Positions 9,045-18,394 of a stretch of DNA of 64,000 nucleotides are shown piece after piece. Source of the DNA: Dehalococcoidia bacterium. Its GTDB lineage: Bacteria > Chloroflexota > Dehalococcoidia > GIF9 > AB-539-J10. Numbering within the stretch: the first letter of the stretch is position 1; each line of letters opens with the position of its first letter. The stretch is taken from NCBI GenBank assembly GCA_034431195.1, contig DAOUDP010000016.1:1839-65838 (forward strand), written 5' to 3'. Under the pieces are notes generated by a model. The model was not told the origin of the DNA. It saw only the letters and a program-made list of their open reading frames with translations, and made no database searches. The position numbers were made by a program, and so were the translations under genes.

Positions 9045-9509
9045 CTTATGCCTCCCGCTTACTTAATCGCTGTAAATCGATTATTGAAAGCAGTTTCGCC
9101 AGTTCTCTATTCCTTGTGAAACTCTCTTTCCAGTTTCATATCCGTATTCGAATCTCAGCCTCTGTAATTCATTTTGATAACTACAGCTATGGCGAGAAGA
9201 TTTGTTGTCTGATGATGCAAATTAGCTTTTTGTTCTACCTGTGTTAAACCCTTCCTTGTTGTTGCATTATAGTACAATTGTCTTCTGAAGAGAGGAACTC
9301 CGTTATTCAGAAGCTCGCTTGGACTGTGAAGCACAGATGTTTGATGCTTTGTAAACAAAGTCGCATGAATAGTTCTGGCGTGCTTGGTAACTCCAGGGTC
9401 GCCATCACTTGGGTTATATGACACGTTATCTGTGGCCGACTTCACTGGCTGAAATGTCCATGAGAAGGCTGGACAAAAACGCAGAATATCAGTATCATCG
9501 AAAGGCATA

Positions 9510-10526
9510 ATGATAGCGGAGATGAGAAAGGGCGCCACTACAGCGCAGGTAAATGCGGTGGTGCGGCGTGCCAAGTCGCTGGGACTGAGTGTCCAGTTGA
9601 ACTTGGGCACGGAAAAAACGGTGGTGGCCATGCTGGGGAGTGATACAGGGAAGCTGTCCACAGATATCTTCGCCGTGCTTCCTGGGGTGGAGAGTGTGAC
9701 CCGGATTATGAAACCCTATAAGCTTGCCTCCCGGGAATTCAAGGCAGAGGACAGCCTGGTTTCCATTAATGGAATCGAGTTTGGGGGCAGGCGCATTGTA
9801 GTGATGGCAGGGCCCTGTGCTGTGGAGAGCGAGGAGCAGCTTATGAGAGCGGTCAGGGCTGTGAAGAACTCCGGCGCCTCTATTGTCCGTGGTGGAGTGT
9901 TCAAACCACGTACCTCTCCCTTTAGCTTTCAGGGCCTGGAGAAGGCTGGCCTGGAGTTGCTGGCGCTGGTCAGGCAGCGGTTCAGCATACCCGTAGTCAC
10001 CGAAGTGGTAGACCCTCACGATGTTGATGAGGTATCCAAGTATGTTGATATCCTTCAAGTCGGGGCCCGAAATATGCAAAACTTCGCCTTACTGACCGAG
10101 ATCGGAAAGAGCAAGCGCCCTGTTCTGCTGAAGCGGGGGTTCTCGTGCACTGTTGCTGAGTGGCTTACAGCAGCCGATTACCTGCTCTCGGGGGGGAATG
10201 ACCAGGTTATCCTGTGTGAGAGGGGTATCAGGACCTTTGAGGACAGCACTCGCTTTTCCCTTGATGTCTGCTCTATACCCGTGGTCAAGAAATTCAGCCA
10301 CTTGCCTGTAGTCGTCGATCCCAGTCATGCTGCGGGCCACTACTCCTTTGTCCCGGCTATAGCCAAGGCCGCGGTTGCTGCTGGGGCCGACGGGCTCCTC
10401 ATCGAAGTTCACCCCAACCCCAAGCAGGCCCTAATGGATGGCCTCCAGTCCCTCACTCCATCGGATTTCGCCAGGTTGATGAAAGAGCTCAGGCTAGTTG
10501 CCAAATCGGTAGGCCGATCTATCTAG
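9510..10526 (+). CDS. 3-deoxy-7-phosphoheptulonate (DAHP) synthase, type I-beta with N-terminal ferredoxin-like regulatory domain
   Basis: 338 aa. …INGIEFGGRRIVVMAGPCAVESEEQLM…KPRTSPFSFQGLG… matches the KDO8PS/DAHPS I-beta family. The start may lie a few codons downstream. Confidence 0.8.
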   Translation: MIAEMRKGATTAQVNAVVRRAKSLGLSVQLNLGTEKTVVAMLGSDTGKLSTDIFAVLPGVESVTRIMKPYKLASREFKAEDSLVSINGIEFGGRRIVVMAGPCAVESEEQLMRAVRAVKNSGASIVRGGVFKPRTSPFSFQGLEKAGLELLALVRQRFSIPVVTEVVDPHDVDEVSKYVDILQVGARNMQNFALLTEIGKSKRPVLLKRGFSCTVAEWLTAADYLLSGGNDQVILCERGIRTFEDSTRFSLDVCSIPVVKKFSHLPVVVDPSHAAGHYSFVPAIAKAAVAAGADGLLIEVHPNPKQALMDGLQSLTPSDFARLMKELRLVAKSVGRSI

Positions 10527-10894
10527 TGTAGGGCATAGGCGTACCTCAACAGCGGCAGCGGCATCACCTGTTAAGAGGAGTTGGCTCATTTGACCCAGCT
10601 ATCTGTTGGCCGAATACCGCATGGCTTGGCTTAGGTTCTTGATGGTTGGCTCGTGTTAAGGCTTAGAAACGGATTGGACATTCCTCCCGTACGTGAGCAA
10701 AAGATAGAGGAGCTCAAAGTCTCATAGGTGGGCGGCTGAGTTTTCGCCTGTTTCATGGACAGGCCTAATGGGGGCTTGCCGGGCTGCATTTGAGGGCCCT
10801 TATCGGGGTGGGAAACAATCCTGGATGGCAAGAGGCAACCTAGTTTTTAATCGTTCCCAATCCACATCGCAGCAGGCACATAAGGATTGAGATC

Positions 10895-13348
10895 CTACTC
10901 TGACCAGTCTTTGGTTGCAGTGGGGAGACTCATACGGGAGACCTGCCTGATGGCAGGTATCTGGGAAACAAGGAGGATGACCAGCGCGGACACACAGGCG
11001 ATAATATAAGACCTGGGGAAGATAATTGCAGTCATGCTGAAAATATCCATCTCAACCTGGGCCATGAAGTAATTGGCAATATAACATCCCAGCGGAATAC
11101 CGATAGCAACCCCCAGGCAGCCTATGAGCAGGTTCTCCAGGGTGAGGATGATGACTAGCCGGGACTGGCTCATGCCCACGGCGCGCATAATGGCAATCTC
11201 CCGCCTCCGCTCAAGCACATTCACCGTCACTCCGTTGAAGATAATTGCCATTCCCAGGGCGAAGCCCATGGCTAGCATCACGCCGATGAAAGCCCAGAAG
11301 AAGCCCATCAGTTCATCTACGAAGCGCTTTGCCTCGCCGGAGAACTCTATTGAGGCGGTCTTGGGAAGCCTGTAAAGCCTTTCCATGAGCGCTGCCGATG
11401 GCTCACCGTCGAAGCGTAGCAGCACCCCGGTGGCTGCCCCGGGCGACCGTAGAAGCTCTTGCGCCTCCTCAAGCGGCATGAAAGCCCTGCCGCCCAGTGG
11501 CTCATTGATGAACCCTGCCAGCGTCTTTTCCGTTTCCCCAACCGAGCCTACAACAGGTTCCAGGTGAATCTCATCGCCGGGTTCAGCACCCAGCTTGTTT
11601 TTCAAAGGGATGGAGAGCAGTATACCGTCTTCGACGACGGTGGTGGGATGACCCTCCGGCGTCAAGAGGGTGTACATAGATGACCCTTTCGGCAGTCCCA
11701 GAATGCTGCTATCGGCTACCTGGTCTCCGCTCTGAAGGCGGTAGGGCAGCTCAAGCACAGGCTCGGCTTCCTGTATTCCCTGGAGGTGCTCGATGTAAGA
11801 GGCGGTTGTCGCTGCTCCCTGACCCTGGAAATGGAGCTTGGCATCATAGTTCTGAATGACTTCGAACTGGGTATACATGAGAGACTCCGTGGCGTCCACG
11901 AACGACAAAGAGACCAGGATCAGGGCAATAGCTGAAGCTACTCCCATGGCCATAAAAAAACTCCGCCGCAGGTTGCGGAAGAAATTCCGGAGAGGCAATT
12001 TCAGGACGCTGGGAAGCAGGGAAACAAAGGGCAGCAGGACTTCGAGCAGGGTGTGGTGGCCGGCACGCGGTACAGGAGGGCGCATTGCCTCCGCAGGGCA
12101 CATTCTGGCTGTCGCCCATGCGGGAAGGAGTCCCGCAGTCAGCGGGACGATAATCCCGATAAGCGCGCCTAGACCTACTATATACCAGTGTGGCTCCACC
12201 ACGACGAACGGCAGCTTGAGCTGGGCGGCATAAACGCTGGTGAGAAAGCTGGCTATGGTGTGACCGAGCAGTGCCCCAAGCACTGAACCGATTACTCCCA
12301 CCACCAGGGCAAATCCCATGTAGTGAAACATAATCTGGAGGGCGCGGTAGCCGAGGGCTCGCATCAGACCAATCTGCGCACGCTGTGACTCCACCAGGCG
12401 GTTCAGGAGAACGTAGATGGCAAGTGCAGCCATGGAAAGGAAGAGCAGCGGAAACAGCACGGCTAGCTGTCTGAATCCATCCACATCCTGCTTCAGGAGG
12501 CTGTTGCTGGGCTGGTCTTCTCTCGCAATCATGTAAGCTGTGCGAACGCCCTGGATGATATCTATCTTCCTGGTGCTGATGGCAATGGGCTCGTCCTTGG
12601 ATGTTAGTCTCATTATGCTATAGCGTCGAAGGACACGGCTGACCTCGCTGAGAGCCTGGGTGGGGTCTGTTCCCGCTTCGAGGAGCAGGTTGACTTCGTT
12701 CACACTGCCCTTCAAGCTGAAGAGGTCCTCAGCTCTTTCCCGGGGCATGAAGATAACGCCGAAGGTACGCGCCGTGGTGAATAACTCCTGGGCACTTTTG
12801 GTCACCCAGATATATTCAGGGCTGACCACTGTGCCTGCTATTCTGAAGCGTACCTTGCTGCTGTCTCTCTCAATGGTGAGCCAGTCGCCAGGATATAGCT
12901 GGTGATATTCGGCAAAGCGCTTCTCCAGTAGTATCTCGCGCTGGGCGCCGGGAGACAGGTAACTGCCGCTCTCTATGCGCACATCATTTATTTCGGGATG
13001 CTCACCTGATGGTAGTGAGATGACCCTTCCCGATACCTTCTCACCAGTCTCCAGCTGCAGGTCGATGGTTACATCTCCCACAATGCGACCCTGTGCCACT
13101 ACGCCGGAAACATCATTCATTTCTGTGATAGCCCTGAGGGGCAGATAATCCACCGATATCCAGTAGTCTGCCATGCGCAACTGCTCATAGGAGCCTTCAT
13201 AAGAGCTGTCCAGGTTCTGGTATGCTTCGTAGGAGCCCACGAAGGTAGCTATGCCAACAATGATGATGAGTACCACGGCGCCAAACTGTGCTCTGGCTGA
13301 GGTTAGATCGCGGAGCAGCTTACGATGTAGCTTGGGCAGAGCTACCAT
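10895..13348 (-). CDS. ABC transporter permease, MacB-like with two FtsX domains and large extracytoplasmic domains
   Basis: 817 aa, 2 x (TM + large loop + 3 TM) topology. Start overlaps the ATPase gene (13342-13348). Confidence 0.8.
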   Translation of the reverse strand: MVALPKLHRKLLRDLTSARAQFGAVVLIIIVGIATFVGSYEAYQNLDSSYEGSYEQLRMADYWISVDYLPLRAITEMNDVSGVVAQGRIVGDVTIDLQLETGEKVSGRVISLPSGEHPEINDVRIESGSYLSPGAQREILLEKRFAEYHQLYPGDWLTIERDSSKVRFRIAGTVVSPEYIWVTKSAQELFTTARTFGVIFMPRERAEDLFSLKGSVNEVNLLLEAGTDPTQALSEVSRVLRRYSIMRLTSKDEPIAISTRKIDIIQGVRTAYMIAREDQPSNSLLKQDVDGFRQLAVLFPLLFLSMAALAIYVLLNRLVESQRAQIGLMRALGYRALQIMFHYMGFALVVGVIGSVLGALLGHTIASFLTSVYAAQLKLPFVVVEPHWYIVGLGALIGIIVPLTAGLLPAWATARMCPAEAMRPPVPRAGHHTLLEVLLPFVSLLPSVLKLPLRNFFRNLRRSFFMAMGVASAIALILVSLSFVDATESLMYTQFEVIQNYDAKLHFQGQGAATTASYIEHLQGIQEAEPVLELPYRLQSGDQVADSSILGLPKGSSMYTLLTPEGHPTTVVEDGILLSIPLKNKLGAEPGDEIHLEPVVGSVGETEKTLAGFINEPLGGRAFMPLEEAQELLRSPGAATGVLLRFDGEPSAALMERLYRLPKTASIEFSGEAKRFVDELMGFFWAFIGVMLAMGFALGMAIIFNGVTVNVLERRREIAIMRAVGMSQSRLVIILTLENLLIGCLGVAIGIPLGCYIANYFMAQVEMDIFSMTAIIFPRSYIIACVSALVILLVSQIPAIRQVSRMSLPTATKDWSE

Positions 13349-14088
13349 TTGAGATCCTCAGGGTCCATTGGCTGGTTGTTGTGGATTGTCCCGGCAATCT
13401 GGCCGTCGCGCAGGCGCACCACACGGTCGGCAATGGCGCCTATAGCGGAATTGTGAGTGACTACCACTACGACCTTTCCCTTCGTTTCGTTGAGCATCCT
13501 CAGCAGCTTGTAAATGCGTTTGCCTGTCTCGAAGTCCAGGGTGCCTGTGGGTTCATCACAGAGGAGAATCGGCGGGTCAGTGGCCAGGGCCCTGGCTATG
13601 GCCACTCGCTGGTTCTCGCCGCCCGACAGCTCGCTTGGGAAATGCTTCATGCGCTCTTCCAAGCCTACCTCGTGTAGTATCTCTTCAGCAGACCTGTGAT
13701 GCTTCACCAACTCAGCGGCGAACTCGACATTTTCCGTGGCGGTGAGGGTTGGAATCAGATTGAAGAACTGGAAGATGAAGCCGATTTGCGTGCGTCGAAA
13801 ATTGGTGAGCTGGGACTGGCTCAGTTTCGTGATGTCGGTGTCGTTGACTATAATGCGGCCTGAGGTGGGAGAGTCCAGGCCTCCAATCAGGTTGAGCAGC
13901 GTGGTCTTTCCAGAACCACTGGGCCCTAAGAAGACGATGAATTCTCCTGCCATCACCTCGAAGGTGACGTCTCTTAGCGCCGGTACGAGAATCTTGCCCA
14001 TCTGGTAGTTCCTGGAAACCTTTTCTAATTTGATTGCTGGTTTCCTGGAATTTTGCTTGGCTGTTACCAGTTCCGAGGCATCGGCCAT
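13342..14088 (-). CDS. ABC transporter ATP-binding protein (MacB/LolD-like)
   Basis: 248 aa; Walker [10 protein letters not shown], signature [15 protein letters not shown], Walker B LLCDEPTG. Confidence 0.85.
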   Translation of the reverse strand: MADASELVTAKQNSRKPAIKLEKVSRNYQMGKILVPALRDVTFEVMAGEFIVFLGPSGSGKTTLLNLIGGLDSPTSGRIIVNDTDITKLSQSQLTNFRRTQIGFIFQFFNLIPTLTATENVEFAAELVKHHRSAEEILHEVGLEERMKHFPSELSGGENQRVAIARALATDPPILLCDEPTGTLDFETGKRIYKLLRMLNETKGKVVVVVTHNSAIGAIADRVVRLRDGQIAGTIHNNQPMDPEDLKW

Positions 14089-14265
14089 CGACTGCTTTCC
14101 TTTGCTGTGCTATGTAGCCAGCGCATGCTGCTGGGTCATCGGATTGACATGATTGGCTCGCGCCACTTGCCTCTCCTTGTGCGGACACGGGAGATTTTCC
14201 TCCCAGCTCATCGGGCTATGTTAACGCCGTTGCTCTCAAGCTGTCAACGCTAGGTACGGGGCATT

Positions 14266-14830
14266 TCGTTCTGCAATTTCAACCAACGTCTCGTGCGTAT
14301 AGTTCTGGAAGAAACTTGGGAAATTGCTGCATTTCCTCTTTATTATGCTTGCGTAAAGCGCTGCGATAGAGCCGAGGCGTCTTTGCTGGGAGTCGAAATG
14401 TCGAGCGCATCTGCGTTCCGTAGGATTCCTCCTGATACTCGTGAACAAGCCAGGCGATGGGCACGTCGTCCTGACCGAGGATACTGGCTGCCACGACATG
14501 GCTTGTAGGGGAGGTTATCCTCTATGAAATCCTCGGCGCGGACATGGCGCGTATCAAGGACGAGCAGAGTGGCTTCGAGCTTCTGGAGCCTCGGGTCAAT
14601 CAATGAGAGCTTTCAATTCTGGGGACATAATACCCGAGTTAAATCTCCTCTACCTTGACGGGAGAGGATTAAGGTGAGGGTGTTAGATGCAGATGGACAC
14701 GTGTCGCAATAATATGGTTGGGTGTCATTGCGAGCCGAAGGCGTGGCAATCCAGGTGGCAGGGTATTCAATGGCATTTGAGAAATGATGCTTGATTTGTA
14801 GTAGGTCTGATTAGTATTGCGTTCCTAACC
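14266..14830 (+). repeat. Repeat block R3: module e + duplicated PPC 3' fragment + modules b, c, d
   Basis: 14266-14336 matches 7520-7590; 14493-14616 matches 7183-7296; 14617-14692 matches 6640-6716; 14723-14830 matches 7351-7458 and 6770-6835. Confidence 0.7.
14493..14616 (+). pseudogene. duplicated 3' fragment of the PPC/DUF296 gene (TTWLVGEVILYEILGADMARIKDEQSGFELLEPRVNQ*)
   Basis: In-frame copy of the last ~37 codons of gene 6844-7296 with about 8 substitutions; no upstream coding continuation. Confidence 0.6.
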
Positions 14831-14833
14831 ACA

Positions 14834-14870
14834 CGAGATTGCTTCGTCGCCTACGCTCCTCGCAATGACA
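14834..14870 (+). repeat. copy of the gagattgcttcg…ctcgcaatgaca hairpin repeat family
   Basis: Shares termini with 24926-24955, 27424-27485, 59261-59415 and the tgtcattgcgag copies in R2/R3. Confidence 0.6.
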
Positions 14871-14929
14871 GAAGGAGGCACGCGGCCTTTTGAGAAAGCC
14901 CATTTCTTGCTACAATTGAGCGCCGGGCA

Positions 14930-15158
14930 AATGAGGTACTTTCTAGGCGTCGATATCGGCTCTGTCAACGCCAAGCTGTCCCTCATCGATGAGGATGGCA
15001 GGGTTGTTCAGTTTGACGCTGAGAAAGTAAGCTCCAGCTCCAGGGCCACAGTCACTTCACTCATCGCTAGGCTAGGCGAGATATTCAATCTGGAACAGAT
15101 TGTCGCCGCAACCAATGAATTCAAGACTCCTCGGCCGGAGTCCCCCACCACTTCTTGA
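14930..15158 (+). pseudogene. N-terminal fragment of a BadF/BadG/BcrA/BcrD-type activase ATPase gene
   Basis: MRYFLGVDIGSVNAKLSLIDEDGRVV… parallels the N-terminus of gene 35153-36124 (MKGYLGVDVGSVTTKLALLDEHEQLI…). The frame collapses after ~60 aa and runs into rarA. Confidence 0.45.
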
Positions 15159-16464
15159 GCCTGGCGGCGATCTCCTTTTCATAACCCTGGTCGCCGGGGA
15201 GATAGTAGCGCTTTCCGTGAAGGGATGAGGGCAGGTTTTGCTGCTTGACAAAATGGCCAGGATAATCGTGGGCATATTTATAGCCCTTGCCATGTCCCAT
15301 CTGGCGCATCAAGCCAGTTACCGGGTTACGCAAATGCAGCGGCACTGGCTCGTTTCGGCCATGCTGTATATCTTCCTGAACCCGAGAATAAGCCTGGTAC
15401 AACGAGTTGCTTTTGGGAGCAGTTGCCAGATAGACCACGGCTTCAGCTAAAGCTAGATTGCCTTCAGGCAAACCCACAAAGTGCACTGCTTGCTGGGCAG
15501 TTACCGCTATTGTCAGGGCTTGTGGGTCAGCCATGCCCACATCCTCAGAGGCGAAGCGCACGAGCCGGCGGGCGATGTAGAGAGAGTCCTCACCGGCTTC
15601 AAGCATACGCCCCAACCAATACAAAGCAGCGTCTGGATCCGAGCCACGCAAGGACTTGTGGAGGGCCGAAATCAGGTCATAGTGCTGGTCGCCACTTTTG
15701 TCATACAGTAAAGCACGGTGCTGCAGCGCCTCCTCAATGGCCGGCAGGCCTATCGGGCGCCGCCCCTCGCTGTCAGGCAAAGTAGCAAATGTCGCCATCT
15801 CCAGGGCATTCAACGCTACCCGAGCATCTCCATTGGACATAGCCACCAGGTGTTTCACAGCCTCCTCAGCTATATCAACTTTGAACTCCCCCAGTCCCCT
15901 TTCCTCATCCTTAACAGCCCGCTCCACGATGACCTTGATTTCCTGGTCACTCAGCAGATTCAGCCAGAAGGTACGGCACCGAGAAAGGAGCGGCGCAATA
16001 ACCTCGAAGGAGGGATTTTCTGTGGTGGCCCCAATTAAAGTTACCGTGCCGTTTTCCACGAAAGGCAGTACAGCATCCTGCTGCGCCTTATTAAAGCGGT
16101 GAATCTCGTCAACAAAAAGAATTGTCCTCTGCCCCGATACCCTTAACCGTTTCCTGGCTTCACCGATAACATGTCGTAAATCGGCTACCCCAGCACTTAC
16201 CGCACTAAGAGGACTGAAGTAAGCCTTGGTGACACTGGCAATAATCTGGGCCAGAGTCGTTTTGCCACTGCCCGGCGGCCCCCACAAAATTATGGAGGGC
16301 AACTGGTCTGCTTCGATGCATTTGCGGAGCACGCGCCCTTCAGCAACTAAATGCTCCTGTCCCACAAACTCAGCAAAAGTCCGCGGGCGCACCCTTGCCG
16401 CCAGAGGCATGCTGCGAGGCAGATCATCTCCCTCAGGTAGATCAAAAAGAGGTAAATTCTCCAT
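15121..16464 (-). CDS. rarA: replication-associated recombination protein A (AAA+ ATPase)
   Basis: 447 aa; Walker A GPPGSGKTT, MgsA/RarA C-terminal domain. Confidence 0.85.
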   Translation of the reverse strand: MENLPLFDLPEGDDLPRSMPLAARVRPRTFAEFVGQEHLVAEGRVLRKCIEADQLPSIILWGPPGSGKTTLAQIIASVTKAYFSPLSAVSAGVADLRHVIGEARKRLRVSGQRTILFVDEIHRFNKAQQDAVLPFVENGTVTLIGATTENPSFEVIAPLLSRCRTFWLNLLSDQEIKVIVERAVKDEERGLGEFKVDIAEEAVKHLVAMSNGDARVALNALEMATFATLPDSEGRRPIGLPAIEEALQHRALLYDKSGDQHYDLISALHKSLRGSDPDAALYWLGRMLEAGEDSLYIARRLVRFASEDVGMADPQALTIAVTAQQAVHFVGLPEGNLALAEAVVYLATAPKSNSLYQAYSRVQEDIQHGRNEPVPLHLRNPVTGLMRQMGHGKGYKYAHDYPGHFVKQQNLPSSLHGKRYYLPGDQGYEKEIAARLKKWWGTPAEES

Positions 16465-16768
16465 TACTTACCCTTCCAGGCGAGTTAACATAATTATACC
16501 AACGGCCAGCCAATGACGCACATATGGCAAAGCGGTGTATTATATCAGAGAAGTATAGCTTTAACTCTAAGCTTCAATACGCTCCTACTAGCCTATTTCA
16601 ACAGGCTATCCACCAAAACTGAGCACCTACCCAATATTTTGCAGGCCGTTGTTGACTTTTCAGAGCGATTAGAGTACTTTTCTCGTCACTCACGTAAGAC
16701 ATAACTCACATACATAAAACTATCTCCTGAGTTACAATTAGTTTAAATAGACCAGGAGGAGGTGTAGT

Positions 16769-17272
16769 ATGCGCAATACCAAAGATAATTTGCAGTCTGC
16801 TTTTGCTGGAGAAAGCCAGGCTAACCGTAAGTATCTATTCTTTGCCGAAAAAGCCGAACAGGAAGGGTACAAACAGATACCAAAGTTGTTTCGTGCCGCA
16901 GCCGATGCCGAGACGGTGCACGCCAAAAATCACCTGAAGGTTATGCAAGGGATAAAGTCAACCAAAGAAAATCTGCTAGCTGCGAAGGGTGGCGAGAATT
17001 ATGAGTTTGTTGAAATGTATCCCGCATTCATAAAGCAGGCTGAGGTCGAAGGTGAAGACAAAGCCAGAGACAGCTTTGACCTGGCAAATAAGGTCGAGCG
17101 GATTCATCATGGTTTGTTTGAAACTGCCCTGAGTAAGATTGAGAAGGGTGAGGCCATTGAGGAAAAACCAATTTACGTCTGCCAGTATTGTGGCAACACG
17201 GTTGAGGGGGAAGCCCCCGAAAAATGTCCCATTTGCGGAGCGCCCAAGAAAATGTTCAAGCTCGTAGAGTAA
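16769..17272 (+). CDS. rbr: rubrerythrin
   Basis: 167 aa; ferritin-like diiron ExxH motifs plus C-terminal rubredoxin-like CQYCG…CPICG; RBS aggagg. Confidence 0.9.
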   Translation: MRNTKDNLQSAFAGESQANRKYLFFAEKAEQEGYKQIPKLFRAAADAETVHAKNHLKVMQGIKSTKENLLAAKGGENYEFVEMYPAFIKQAEVEGEDKARDSFDLANKVERIHHGLFETALSKIEKGEAIEEKPIYVCQYCGNTVEGEAPEKCPICGAPKKMFKLVE

Positions 17273-17385
17273 ACTAGCTCGACGAAATCCCGGTGTATGA
17301 CAGGAATGTGGCTGGTGGATTGGACGGTAAACGAAGGATACCAGAATGGTCCAGTGACACGTTGGGTTGGTGCAGGAGGGCAAGA

Positions 17386-17646
17386 ATGGAGCGAATATAC
17401 GAAAATGAAAGAATAAGGGTAATTTGGGATCCCGACAAATGCATGCATTCCGGTATTTGTACTGAAGGCCTTCCACAGGTCTTCGATATATACAAACGCC
17501 CCTGGGTAGACACAAATGCTGCGGCCGTTGAAGATATGAAGCGCGTTATTGACGCTTGCCCCTCTGGAGCACTGAGATACGAAGTGCCCAACGAACCTGA
17601 CCATGCAAGAAGTGGTGGGGATAGAGACGTCACCAAAACTGAGTAA
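17386..17646 (+). CDS. divergent 4Fe-4S mono-cluster protein (Fer4_19-like)
   Basis: Track ORF 17293-17646 trimmed to the internal ATG at 17386 (RBS aggaggg, 5-nt spacing). IRVIWDPDKCMHSGICTEGLPQVFD…IDACPSGALRY is a single-cluster ferredoxin fold. Confidence 0.5.
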   Translation: MERIYENERIRVIWDPDKCMHSGICTEGLPQVFDIYKRPWVDTNAAAVEDMKRVIDACPSGALRYEVPNEPDHARSGGDRDVTKTE

Positions 17647-17725
17647 AACGACGGAGGTGGAATAATTCTTCACATTTCTTCATAATTACACCACTACCTG
17701 TAAGCTTATAGGGAGGTGATGCGAA

Positions 17726-17947
17726 ATGGCCGAGATAAAGGTGGATTGCACAAGTGAAACTTGCCCCGTTCCTTTAGTTGAAACCCGCAAGGCTTTAAGG
17801 AAAGCGAAAGAAGGCGATGTTGTGGAGGTTATCGGCACCCATCTCGCTTCCAAGAAAGAGATACCAATGGCCGTCAAGGCTTTGGGACTGGAACTCATTG
17901 ATGTGCAAGAGGAAGGCGGGGTGTGGAGAATAAGAATACGCAGGTAG
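17726..17947 (+). CDS. tusA: TusA-like sulfurtransferase (SirA/YedF/YeeD family)
   Basis: 73 aa with CPxP motif (DCTSETCPVPLVETRKAL). Confidence 0.7.
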   Translation: MAEIKVDCTSETCPVPLVETRKALRKAKEGDVVEVIGTHLASKKEIPMAVKALGLELIDVQEEGGVWRIRIRR

Positions 17948-17962
17948 CAGGAGGAAATAACT

Positions 17963-18382
17963 ATGGCTGGTAAAGCTACCATAATAGTTCATAGCGGCGA
18001 TATGGATAAGGTGTACAGTGCCCTTATTGTAGCCAATGGGGCGCTTGCAATGGGGATGGAAGCATCACTTTTCTTCACCTTCTGGGGCCTACAGCGTCTC
18101 AAGAAAGGCGGGCTGGAAAAGGGGCCTCTATCGAAGATGAACATGCTTGGCCTCGGCAAATGGATGGTGAAACGGAGGATGAAAAAAGCCGGGGCGGCCT
18201 CTCTGGAGAGGCTCCTTCAAGACTTTAAGGAGCTTGGCGGCAAGATCCTCGCCTGTGACATGACAATGGAGATAATGGAAATAAAGAAGGAAGACCTTCG
18301 TGATGATTTGATATCAGACTACTGTGCAGTCGGTACCTACATAAATGAGGCTAGAGAGTCAACAATAACTCTCTTCATATGA
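17963..18382 (+). CDS. DsrE/DsrF-like sulfur-relay family protein
   Basis: 139 aa; N-terminus KATIIVHSGDMDKVYSALIVANGALAMGMEASLFFTFWGL matches the DsrE/YchN fold. Confidence 0.55.
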   Translation: MAGKATIIVHSGDMDKVYSALIVANGALAMGMEASLFFTFWGLQRLKKGGLEKGPLSKMNMLGLGKWMVKRRMKKAGAASLERLLQDFKELGGKILACDMTMEIMEIKKEDLRDDLISDYCAVGTYINEARESTITLFI

Positions 18383-18394
18383 TGGGAGGAGGAA

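Noticed and set aside
9155-9661. 168-aa minus-strand ORF in the divergent ICMT/DAHP-synthase intergenic region
   Set aside because: Overlaps the DAHP synthase start, has no RBS and no recognisable family. More likely promoter space.
6500-14900. CRISPR array or integron attC sites among the clustered short repeats
   Set aside because: Repeats are not regularly spaced, have no uniform spacers and are not imperfect attC-like palindromes. They are mosaic direct repeats.
14865-14929. ATG at 14865 as start of the activase fragment
   Set aside because: The ATG lies inside the repeat (caATGACAgaagg). Only the downstream MRYFLGVDIG… part resembles an activase.
16513-16704. 63-aa ORF between rarA and rubrerythrin
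   Set aside because: No RBS and no conserved features. The region more plausibly holds the rubrerythrin promoter.
17293-17385. Longer start for the Fer4_19 gene (MYDRNVAGGLDG…)
   Set aside because: The internal ATG at 17386 has a strong RBS and gives the ~85-aa size typical of the family.
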